NCBI RefSeq assembly: GCF_006345805.1
Contig: NC_043000.1
Location: 8,866,001 to 8,930,000, forward strand
Reading direction: 5' to 3'
From: Octopus sinensis
Lineage: Eukaryota
DNA: 64,000 nt
The stretch's first letter is position 1; each line of letters starts with the position of its first letter. A program made the translations under genes and the position numbers. This document shows positions 1 to 9,914 of this stretch, piece by piece. The notes under the pieces were generated by a model. The model worked only from the letters and a program-made list of their open reading frames with translations, searched no databases and was not told where the DNA came from.

Positions 1-339
1 ACATATCTTTCATGAGTTTCTTACTTTGCAGTTTGTTTGGAACGGTAGAGCTCTCAAATTCATATATACACACATACACACATAAATTCAGAATTTGAGG
101 AAGCAATATCCTCGTCAGGGATTATTAAAAACAATCCGGATACCAACTGGGTTTAGCCAAATATATCAATAGAAACTTCCTCAATATATATGTATAAACA
201 GTGTCGTAAGATTAAAAAGTCAATAAATGAAAATGTAGAAGAGAAATTAAAAATGTGCATGGTTCACCTATTTGTATTATAATTGGAAAACTAATGCAAA
301 TTAAGAGAATAAAGATATACCAATACGAACAAGTATAAC

Positions 340-400
340 TTGCACGTTAATTTCACGAGCAGGCTGGAACACTCGTCGTTGTAACCGTCGTTGTAAAATA
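340..400 (+). mobile_element. SINE family B 3' tail fragment
   Basis: cacgagcaggct..ggaacactcgtcgttgtaaccg resembles the tail of the SINE at 5993-6295 (ggaactctcgtcgtcgtaaccg). Confidence 0.4.
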
Positions 401-404
401 CATA

Positions 405-1151
405 CGAGGTCTGATCAATAAGTATCTGGACTGTTGTCATAGTAACAAAACTGACGCATGCAGAGTAAAGAGGTTTGGCACAGATTGACCTTAATCACTG
501 CTGTGTATGTGTACTGGGTTTTAACGTTCTTGCTCTCTTCTACTGTTTACACTAGTGCTTGGAAGGAACGTGCGTAGCATGTGATCGTCACATTGACCAT
601 GTCAGAGGAAGTTGTCATGGCGAGACCCGCAACGAGCAGAACTGAAAAAACATCGCAGATATGAGGATAAATCGTCGAATTATCATACGTTATTTATCAA
701 AGGAAATGCAGATAAGTTACGGTTCAGTTCAGTCCATTATCACTGAAGATTTGGGTATGAGACTTGTATCTGTCACGTTTGTGCCAAAACTGCTTTCAGA
801 TGACGAAAAAGAATCTCGAGTTTCAGTTGCACAAGATCTCCTTGATTATGTCGAGAACGATGAAAAGTGTTTGAAAACTGTGTAGGCTACTGAGCAGGTA
901 TCGCCAAGATTTTGGGAAAAATTTGATGCAGATTCTCTGCTCAACTTTCTCTATCATGGTCAATGCGACGATCACACGCTACACACGTTCATTCTAAGAC
1001 ATACTGTAAACAGCGGAAGTGAGATAGAACGTTAAAACTTAGTGCGCATGCGCAGCAGAGTCTAAGGTCAATTTGTGTCAAGCGGCTTTACACTGCGTGC
1101 TTTAGCTTCGTTACTATGACACCAGTCCGCAAACTTATTGATCAGACCACG
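405..1151. mobile_element. Non-autonomous fold-back mariner derivative (two 5' ends in inverted orientation)
   Basis: TA + CGAGGTCTGATCAATAAGTATCTGGACTG at 403-433. Its inverse, CAGTCCGCAAACTTATTGATCAGACCACG, ends at 1151. The arms stay alignable for about 210 bp. The right arm carries the transposase start on the minus strand (ATG at 957: MIEKVEQRICIKF...). Confidence 0.85.
599..885 (+). pseudogene. Mariner transposase N-terminal (HTH) fragment, internally deleted
   Basis: RRIIIRYLSKEMQISYGSVQSIITEDLGMRLVSVTFVPKLLSDDEKESRV matches the mariner RRITIREIA..GISYGSVQ.IL..DLGM..V.A.WVPK.L motif. ATG at 599 is followed by a deletion, and the frame is cut at the inversion junction. Confidence 0.85.
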
Positions 1152-1352
1152 TGTTGATCAGACCATATATTGACCAGACCATATATAGATGAGAAAGTTG
1201 GTTTGTGAAAGCACGTGGTTGAATATACAGAAAATAGTAAAAAGTGAAAAAACTACAGAAGGCTTGTTTTAAAAGGTTAAAAAAATATATATTTGAGTCA
1301 ATATGTCTGAAGAATATTATAAATTTTTTTCTCTTACAATGACATAGTTTAG

Positions 1353-1392
1353 AAGAAATGACCGGTTTCGCTTTCAGCTTTTCAAATTTCTT
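1353..1392 (-). ncRNA. Type I hammerhead ribozyme motif, U3-A8 variant (inverted pLTR arm)
   Basis: Minus strand: aagaaat-TTGAAAA-gctgaaagc-GAAA-ccgg-TC-atttctt. Confidence 0.7.
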
Positions 1393-1408
1393 ACATCGTT
1401 ATGTTTAT

Positions 1409-1673
1409 GATACCTTTTAGTGAGCACATTGAGAAATGCGCAAAGCAACTAGTACCACAATTTTTAATCTTTCCATTTTACCAATGTGCTATCGGAACAC
1501 CAACACAAATTAGACTAAACAAGGAAACATTCTTCATTGAAAAATACAAGCCCAGACTTAACCATTCCAACATACTTATACAGAGAAATTCACTCCAAAG
1601 GAAAGACAAAAAAATTTTAAGCGATTATCTCCCTTACACCGGAAGAAATCACTTATTACCTCCCCTTATCTAG
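1409..1673 (+). pseudogene. PLE GIY-YIG endonuclease C-terminal fragment
   Basis: IPFSEHIEKCAKQLVPQFLIFPFYQC...IRLNKETFFIEKYKPRLN is the typical PLE C-terminus (R..KE..FI..YKP.LN) and is nearly identical to the 3925-4194 ORF. Confidence 0.85.
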
Positions 1674-1729
1674 AACTCTTCTCAACATAAGCATAACGAT
1701 AACTCTTCTCAACATAAACATAACGATGT

Positions 1730-1769
1730 AAGAAATTTGAAAAGCTGAATGCGAAACCGGTCATTTCTT
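1730..1769 (+). ncRNA. Type I hammerhead ribozyme motif, U3-A8 variant
   Basis: aagaaat-TTGAAAA-gctgaatgc-GAAA-ccgg-TC-atttctt: 7-bp stem I, short stem II, palindromic ACCGGT stem III, GUC cleavage triplet (predicted cut after 1762). Confidence 0.7.
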
Positions 1770-1889
1770 CTAAATTATGTCATTGTAAGAGAAAAAAATT
1801 TATAATATTCTTCAGACATATTGACTCAAATATATATTTTTTAACCTTTTAAAACAAGCCTTCTGTAGTTTTTTCACTTTTTACTATTT

Positions 1890-1942
<53 letters not shown>

Positions 1943-2607
1943 GTTAAACAGGAGTCAAACATTATGGAAGGCTTTTATCTCAAATCATAAACAAAATTAC
2001 TATAGGAAGATGTTCAAAATCTTACACCTGTTTCTAGGATATCCCCGAGTATGGGATATTCCGTCATCAGAGACAAATAGGGAAAAATAGGGAGAATGAG
2101 AATGGTATATCTTAATAATATGACAACATACAGGAAGGGAGTAAAAGAATAAGGAGATGGAAAGAGAGAAGAAAAAAGAAGCATAAAAGTTCATAGTTAA
2201 ACTTTCCGAAGTTATAGAAACCAGAGCATGAAACCTTAGGTGCAATCCTGCATAGATCCATGAGCGTAAATCCTTAGGTGCAATCCCGCGTAAGATCCAA
2301 GTGGGTTAAAATACTGATATAGTAGACATCCAAAGAAAAAGACGCGAACATATCTATGTTCAATGACAGAAGATTTTGAATTTCTTTCTATAATAATATT
2401 GTATATGACTTGAGATGCTTTCCTTGCTTTAATGTTTGTTGTCTTCTTTAAAAATCCTATATCCGCTGCATCGAAAATCTGCAATGGCTCCATAACTACC
2501 GTCTCGATTATAACCATGAAGTCCTAGTCATCCGTTACAGCACTGACCTAGTGTACCTAATCGTTTAGATCACCTGTGAACAATACCCCCTATACTTTGT
2601 GTGTGTG

Positions 2608-2642
<35 letters not shown>

Positions 2643-2884
2643 GAATCGGTTTCTGACTGAAGAACGAAGGCTTTGAATGACCCGTTTGTCTTTTATGTTC
2701 GTCCCTTCGTGTATTTCACGTTATTTATTTATGTAAAGGTTTATTATATATATAACGGTAAGCTTTATGAAAATAGACAAAAGACGAAGGCAGGTTTACG
2801 GAAATAAACAAAAGACGAAGGCAGGTGGAATACAAACAAACAATTGTATTAGTATGGCGCTCAGGAAATATAAATAAAACAAGA

Positions 2885-2920
2885 CTTTAACGTTTCGAGC
2901 CTACGCTCTTCAACAGAAAG
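2885..2920 (-). ncRNA. Degenerate hammerhead-like motif (A6 to U)
   Basis: Minus strand: cttt-CTGTTGA-a-gagc gtag gctc-GAAA-cg-TT-aaag, with a palindromic AACGTT stem III. Confidence 0.4.
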
Positions 2921-3385
2921 ATACACAGAGAAAAAACACAGAAAGAAGGAGAGAAAAAAATATGCGTGCAGAGGCTAGCGAATCAACATGGCGATCTGAT
3001 TTCGGCCAGAAGTCAAAGATCATACGTGAGACGCAAGAGCGAAATTAGGGGAGATAATAGGGTTGAATGACCTCGCTCCAACATAAGAGTGTGTGTGTGC
3101 GTATGAGAAGAATGTGTGTGTGTGTATGAGAGAGTATTAGTGCGTATGAGAGGTCTGGACGTGTGTATGTATATATGATGTGATGTGTAAAGTCGTATGG
3201 TGTAGTGTAGAGAGAGGAAATGAGGGAAGAGGGGAGGTAAGGGGAGGGGAGAGAAAGAAAGGGGAGAAGAGAAGGGGAGAAGAGGAGGGGGAAGGGGGAG
3301 AAGAAAGGAGAGGAGAAGAGGAGGGGAGATGTATGGAAAAAAAGTCAACGTAGAAAATGTTAAATTAATTTTATAAAAAACGTTT

Positions 3386-3421
3386 CAGTACCGGTTTCAG
3401 TCATTGACACTTTTTCAACTG
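3386..3421 (-). ncRNA. Type I hammerhead motif, U3-A8 variant, different PLE family
   Basis: Minus strand: cag-TTGAAAA-agt gtcaatg act-GAAA-ccgg-TA-ctg. Confidence 0.55.
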
Positions 3422-3566
3422 TAAATATGGAAAACAATTAAAATTTTGAAAAATTAAATGAAAAGTATTTAAAATGAATATTTGCATAGTATTCAAATAC
3501 ATGGGGCTTTTCCTTGCCTCTGCCTGTCTCTGTCTCTCTTGTTTACTCTTGTGGGTTCGAGGTCGT

Positions 3567-3647
<81 letters not shown>

Positions 3648-3764
3648 TAGTAAAAAGTGAAAAAACTACAGAAGGCTTGTTTTAAAAGGTTAAAAAATAT
3701 ATATTTGAGGCATTATGTCAGAAGAATGTTATAAATTTTTTTCATACAGTGACATAGTTTTTTG

Positions 3765-3803
3765 AAGAAATTACCGGTTTCGTGTTAACTTTTCAAATTT
3801 CTC
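3765..3803 (-). ncRNA. Type I hammerhead motif, U3-A8 variant (sense arm of copy 2)
   Basis: Minus strand: gagaaat-TTGAAAA-gttaacac-GAAA-ccgg-TA-atttctt. Confidence 0.7.
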
Positions 3804-3924
3804 AAAACATTGTGTTATGACTTCGTTATGAAGTTTAAAAAAGAGTTCCAGGTAAGGGGAGGTAATGAGTGATTTCTTCCGGTGTAAGAGAGATAATCGC
3901 TTTATATTTCTTGCCTTTTTTTAC

Positions 3925-4700
3925 TTAATGGGGTGAGTTTCTCTGTATAAGAATGTTAGAGTGGTTAAGTTTGGGCTTATATTTTTCAATGAAGAATGTT
4001 TCCTTGTTTAGTCTAATTTGTGTTGGTGTTCCAATAGCACATTGATAAAATGGAAAGATTAAAAATTGTGGTAGTAGTTGCTTTGCGCATTTCTCAATAT
4101 GCTCACTAAAGGGTATCATTCTGTGTTCTGGGAATGCAATCTGTTGTCGATGCAGTGTGCATCTACGTCTGAGTGATAGTCCCGTGGATCCCACGTAGTT
4201 TTGGTGGCAGCCCGAGCATCTTATAACATAAATTATGTTTTCAGAGGCACAAGTAAAATTCGATTTGATCTTGAATTTTTGTCCCTCTTTGAAGAGGAAT
4301 TCTGATCCTTCTAGAAGGTTTGGGCATGTTGCACAGTTTGGTCTACCACATTTTTTTTACTTTTGCATCCGTAATTTCAGAAAGCAATTTTGCCTTTGTG
4401 AGAATCTTTTTAAGTGATTTAGGTTGTTTGTAGCTTTTAATGATTTTATGTATGTTTAGAATTTCCTTTAATTTGGGGTCCTTATGAAGTATTGGTAAAT
4501 TCTGGCTGATGATGGAGAAGGCTTCTTTGTTTCTAGGGTTGTATGTGGATATGTAAGGCAGTATTTTCGGGGAAGGTGTGTTGTTGTGTTGAACTTTTCT
4601 CAAAGTTTCTATGTCGATTTCTGTTGCACGTCTGATCCCATCCTCTATGAGTTGAGCTGGGTAGTGTCTGTCAATTAGGGTGTTTTTGAGTTATTGTAGT
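3925..4700 (-). pseudogene. PLE polyprotein C-terminus: RT thumb, CxxC linker and GIY-YIG endonuclease, one frameshift in an A-run near 4350
   Basis: ...LPYISTYNPRNK...SYKQPKSLKKILTKAK.../CGRPNCATCPNLLEGSEF...NFTCASENIIYVIRCSGCHQNYVGSTGLSLRRRCTLHRQQI...KETFFIEKYKPKLN. Confidence 0.92.
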
Positions 4701-4790
4701 CTTCCCTTACACCGGAAGAAATCACTCATTACCTCCCCTTACCTGGAACTCTTCGTTAAACTTCATAACGAAGTCATAACACAATGTTTT

Positions 4791-4829
4791 AAGAAATTTG
4801 AAAAGTTAACACGAAACCGGTAATTTCTT
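4791..4829 (+). ncRNA. Type I hammerhead motif, U3-A8 variant (inverted arm of copy 2)
   Basis: aagaaat-TTGAAAA-gttaacac-GAAA-ccgg-TA-atttctt. Confidence 0.7.
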
Positions 4830-5610
4830 CAAAAAACTATGTCACTGTATGAAAAAAATTTATAATATTCTTCAGACATAATGACTCAAATATATATTTT
4901 TAAACCTTTTAAAACAAGCCTTCTGTAGTTTTTTCACTTTTTACTATTTTCTATATATTCAACCACGTGCTTTCACACGCTAACTTTCTCACCTATATAT
5001 ATATATATATATATATATACATACATACATACATACATACATACATACATACATACATACATACATACTGTTCTACATACACAATCACACGCATGGGGAG
5101 AGGAAGAGAAAGATAGAGGAACAAGAGAGAGGTGAGAAGAAAAGAAAGAGAGTGAGAGATAAAATATTTCGTTGAAACTACTCAATACATCTTCATGTGA
5201 GGATATTACAAGTGTCACTTGTATGCTTCACATATATTTGCGATATATCAACTAACCAGGTTTACATTTGTGGGTATAAATACTTTGAGCAGCAGTCAAC
5301 CTTATGGTTGATTAGATTCTACGCAGATTGTTAAGTCTAACGGGGCAGAAGATGAATACAGATTAGTTTTCAGTGGATTGACGGATGTAAAACAGGCTTT
5401 TCGCCTGTCGGAAAATGACAATCTATTGGATGCCTGTTAGCAGTGAAATAAGATATATCTATATATACCATCGGGCACTAAAAATATATAGATTTCTGCT
5501 GGGGATTCGATCCATGTATCTTCTAGTACTAATTCTAGCCGCTGCAAGTAAGGGAAAAAAGGGAAAAGTAATGCAGTCTTGATGTTACTAATTTCATTAT
5601 ATCATAAAGT

Positions 5611-5990
5611 TAGGTGGCAGAATCGTAACAGCGCCGGACAAAATGCTTGGCGGCATTTCGTCTGCCGTTACGTTCTGAGTTCAAAATCCGCCGAGGTCGA
5701 CTTTGCCTTTTATCCTTTCGGGATCGATTAAATAAGTACCATTTACGCATTGGGGTCGATATAATCGACATAATCCGTTTGTCTGTCCTTGTTCATCCTC
5801 TCTGTGTTTAGCCCCTTGTGGGTAGTAAAGAAATGGGTATTTCGTGAGTCTTTACTTTCTGATTTCAAATCCTGCCGGGGTTGATTTTCTTTCATTTTTT
5901 CGGGGGTCGATAAAATAAGTACCAGTTGAACAATGGGACCGATTTAATCGACTTATCCACTTCCCCAAACCAGTTGGCCTTTAGCCATTA
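5611..5990 (+). mobile_element. tRNA-derived SINE family A, dimeric arrangement
   Basis: ggcagaatcgt...gagttcaaaatccgccgaggtcgactttgcct...ggggtcgat core, repeated at 9704, 14589, 16343, 56165, 56680 and 63891. A second partial core follows aaagaaat. Confidence 0.85.
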
Positions 5991-5992
5991 TA

Positions 5993-6295
5993 TCGTGAAG
6001 GTGCGTAGCTCACGATCGTAGGGTCCTGAGTTCAATTTCTGGTGCTGCATTGTACGCTTGAGCAAGACACTTTATTTCAGGTTGCTCCAGTTCACTCAGC
6101 TGGCAAAATTCGTTGTACCTGTATTCAAAAGAATCAGCTTTAGCACATTCTGTGTCATGCTGAATTGCCCTGAGAACTACGTTAAGAGTGCGCGTGTCTG
6201 TGGAGTGCTCAGCCTCTTGCAAGTTAATTTGATGAGCAAGCTGTTCCGTTGATCGGATTAACTGGAACTCTCGTCGTCGTAACCGACGGAGTGCC
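5993..6295 (+). mobile_element. tRNA-derived SINE family B
   Basis: B-box-like ctgagttcaatt followed by cttgagcaagacacttt. The tail is homologous to 340-400 and (inverted) to 6631-6790. Confidence 0.65.
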
Positions 6296-6436
6296 TTTCA
6301 TTTTTTTAAATCTCATTATTATTCGTAAAATCTGAGAACTAGTGTCGATGCAATCGACTATATCACTCTCTGAAAATTTCAGGCCTTGTACCTATGGTAG
6401 AAAGGAAAGAATTACGATTCATATGTTTAAGGTATC

Positions 6437-6965
6437 GTGCTGGCTGGGTCGTTAGCATGTCGGACAAAATGCTTAGCTGCATTTCTTTCGACTTTATCTT
6501 CTAAGTTCAAATTCCGCTATGGTCGACTTTGCCGTTCATCCTTTCGCAGTCCTTGAAGAAATTATCAGTTGATATAATTGGGGTCGATGTAATCGACTAG
6601 TCAACCCCACCACTCCCCACAAATTCCGGGTCATGACGATGAACACTCGATTGTTCGACCAGCTCTATTCTTCCTCGTGAAATAAGCATCTAAGCAGTTG
6701 AGTATTCCACAGATAAGTCAACGCAACTAAGCCGAATGACAGCGCGAGGCAAGGTTACATCATGAGACCTTTGAACTATGCATACAATTCAGAAAGAGAA
6801 AGACAGAAAGAAGAATCGACTTCAGACTTACACTTCATTTATTGATCCCGCATAGATGAAAGACAAGGTTGACGACGGCGGGATTTGAACTCCGAGCGAT
6901 AAGTACCGGAAAGAAAATCAAAACGCATTCTATCCCATACTCCAGCGAGTTTGCCAACACACCAC
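6437..6965. mobile_element. Cluster of decayed SINE fragments (family A +, family B -, family A -)
   Basis: Recognisable cores aagttcaaattccgc..ggtcgactttgcc and gacaaggttgac..ggcgggatttgaact. Confidence 0.7.
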
Positions 6966-8897
6966 TTTATGCACGCCTATATAATATATTCGACGGTATA
7001 AAAAGAAGAAAAATTGCGCATACACCGGAACAGAAATATTTATACTAATATTTATATTTGCTATAAGTCGTAAACACCTCCATTACTCTCCATTACCCAA
7101 CTTGTACCAAAAAATTGATTACTTCATCACAAATACATCTGGTTTGCATTGAATTTGCTTAGCAACTTTCTTTATAAACGTATATATGAGTGACTGTAGT
7201 ACTATAGTATAGGAAGTGATAAATTGGTGTTGGTAGAATCGACATTCGATATCAGTAACTTTTCGTCTTTTTCGATATCAGTGACTTTTCATCACTGGAA
7301 AAAGGATACATATTTGCAAAGGGAGGCCTACTTTTCATCGACAACCAGTGATTGTCATACGCTGATGACGGGTCAATACCCAGAAACTCGAGTCCGTGTG
7401 TATCATATGTTAAATACGGGAAGGATGGCTTCCTTTTGCAAATACTGATAGGGCACAGAAAGCGTGTCAATAGCCAGATGGAGGAGGTGTCCTCCTGGGG
7501 CTACAAGCTACAGTAGCATCCACCCTTAGGGGTAAGCCACATTTAAGTGGCAAATATACTTCACGATGTCGTGCAGCTACTGTCTATACCTCGCTCAGAG
7601 ATTTACTATTGCTTGTTTACACATCCCCCTACAAAATATGAACCCTGATATATGTAGTTAAAAGAAATTTCTTCCATCCTTTTAGTAAAAGGTATTGGAG
7701 GGGTTGAAAGCCTAATTTTTAATCGTTTATTGATCTGTTATTTTTGCTACATACTCCCACATGACAGAGTAGGACTCAATAGAATAAGCACCAGCAATTT
7801 GCATTGATTACTTTAATTGTTTACATGATCTCGTACACAGCAACCATATCACATTAAAAAAACCTCTCATTTGCCTTGAGATTTGCGTTATGAGTACACG
7901 TATATTAAAGAAATTAGTCAACAGGATAACTTTACGCGATCATTTGACCAGCAAGAAGTAACAGCCAAATATATGTCAACTCATGCCCTACCATCTTTCA
8001 AACATGTATAGGAACATGCATTGAACTATGCAGTCCAATATACAGTATGCCTGTGATAATACGAGATGGTCATGGTGAGAAGACTTTGACTATATCTCAG
8101 TCAAACACAACTCATTTATAGCTAAACAATGACTATGAAGAATTGGTTTTGGTTCATGCTTTAAACTTTGAAGAGAAAAACTAGCGAATCATAATCGGGC
8201 AAACATGTTTACGGATCCTTCCTGAAAATATTCACTTTGACAGTTCTCTTTTCGTTCTGGTTAATTTAGTTACCTGAGAATATTTCATTGAAGCTGCCTC
8301 GATGGAAATCGAGATTATAGTCTGATTAAGCTACAAATATTTGTTAATCAATATTATTACGATTTATCCAGTGTTGATGAATTAGCGGTGAAGCTTTTAG
8401 ATTCATCACGTATTCATCACGTATTCATTCATGTATAATCGTTTCGACATTACAGCATCGCCGCCACCACCACCACCACCACCACTACTACTACTGCTAC
8501 CACCACCACCACAACCACTACTACTACTACTACTTGTAATAGATTTATTAATCGCTTTCCCAAAGTTTCACAATACTGTATCTAAGTGCTTCTGTTAAAC
8601 ACGCTGAGCTGTTAAATACAGTTGTTGCCTATTTTGGTTAATCTTAATGGTGACCAGTAAGCAGCAACTTGTACATACCACACCGTATCTTGTTTAGACA
8701 GTACAAATTTCCGAATTCACATCCCACTAGGTTTCACTTCGTCTTTATTTGCCAGTGAACCCGTTCATAGAAACAAAAGACAACCCTTTTAGGAAAGAAT
8801 ATAATTTACAGAAGCATCAAATTTACCTTCAGCATGACATCACTTTTTGTTTTCAATAGCATCTGTGGCGCAACCCTTCGTATATCAAACACATACA

Positions 8898-9272
8898 TAC
8901 TTGTTTCAGTCATTTGACTGCGGTCATGCTGGAGCACCGCCTTTAGTCGAGCAAATCGACACCAGGACTTATTCTTTTGTAAGCGTAGTATTTATTCTAT
9001 TGGTCTCTTTTGCCGAACCGCTAAGTTACGGGGACGTAAACACATCAGCATCGGTTGTCAAGCGATGCTGGAAGGACAAACACAGATACACATATATACA
9101 TATATACGACAGGCTTCTTTCAGTTTCCGTCTACCAAATCCATTCACAAGGCTTTGGTCGGCCCGAGGCTATAATAGAAGACACTTGCCCAAGGTGCCAC
9201 GCAGTGGGACTGAACCTGGAACCATGTGGTTGGTAAGCAAGCTACTTACCACACGGCCACTCCTGCGCCTAT
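8898..9272 (-). mobile_element. tRNA-derived SINE family C
   Basis: Minus-strand head ggcgcaggagTGGCCGTGTGGtaag...GGTTCAGTCCCactg (A/B boxes), body gtagacggaaactgaaagaagcc, internal microsatellite and tail ctccagcatgaccgcagtc. Confidence 0.88.
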
Positions 9273-9703
9273 ATACATACATACATGCATATATAGATAC
9301 ATACATGCATACACACATACATACGCACACGCGCGCTCACAGACATACACATACACACACACACGTTGCTGTATATCTATATAACAGTATGTTCCTCATA
9401 CCTATATGTATTTAGTACCACTCTGAAAATAGTCCTCTAACCTCTTTTTCGGAAGTTCGGGATGACGAACTAACTGATTGATTTCATTGTTACAGGAACT
9501 ACTTATTACTCCTACCGAAGAAGTCGAGGCGAAGAATACCTATTAAAATGTATACAATTATGGACCTACGCAAAACAATTATGTATATACGCACAAAAAA
9601 ATCCTCCCATATTTTAGACGGCTACTAGCATGGCACTAGTGAAGTTAGACAGGTAGTAGCAGTATTTTCATGTAATTAATGCTTTTCTGTTTTCGCTTTA
9701 TTT

Positions 9704-9914
9704 CTTTATTGTTCACAAGGGGACAAACAGGGGCAGACAAAGGGATTAAGTCGATTACATCTACTACAGTGCGTAACTGGTACTTAATTTATGACCCCGA
9801 AAGGATGAAAGGCAAAGTAAACCTCGGCGGAATTTGAACTTAGAACGTAACGGCAGACGAAATACAGCTACGCATTTCGCCCGGCGTGCTAACGTTTCTG
9901 CCAGCTCGCCGCCT
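9704..9914 (-). mobile_element. SINE family A
   Basis: Reverse complement of the 14589 copy, from head aggcggcgagctggcag to tail ccccttgtgaacaataaagaaat. Confidence 0.88.

Larger units (their letters stand above)
1186..1892 (+). mobile_element. Penelope-like element copy 1, 5'-truncated, with inverted pseudo-LTR
   Basis: About 180-bp near-identical inverted arms (1229-1409 / 1713-1892) enclose a GIY-YIG C-terminal remnant. The 3' end runs into (CT)n(AT)n. Confidence 0.85.
3642..4993 (-). mobile_element. Penelope-like element copy 2, 5'-truncated, with inverted pseudo-LTR
   Basis: About 250-bp inverted arms (3642-3890 / 4704-4952) enclose RT C-terminus and GIY-YIG coding sequence. It is flanked by (TA)n(GA)n and (TA)n(TACA)n. 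Confidence 0.92.

Noticed and set aside
3190-3335. G-rich polypurine tract with G-quadruplex/H-DNA potential (also 14400-14560)
   Set aside because: Common low-complexity sequence in this genome, with nothing to suggest a specific function.
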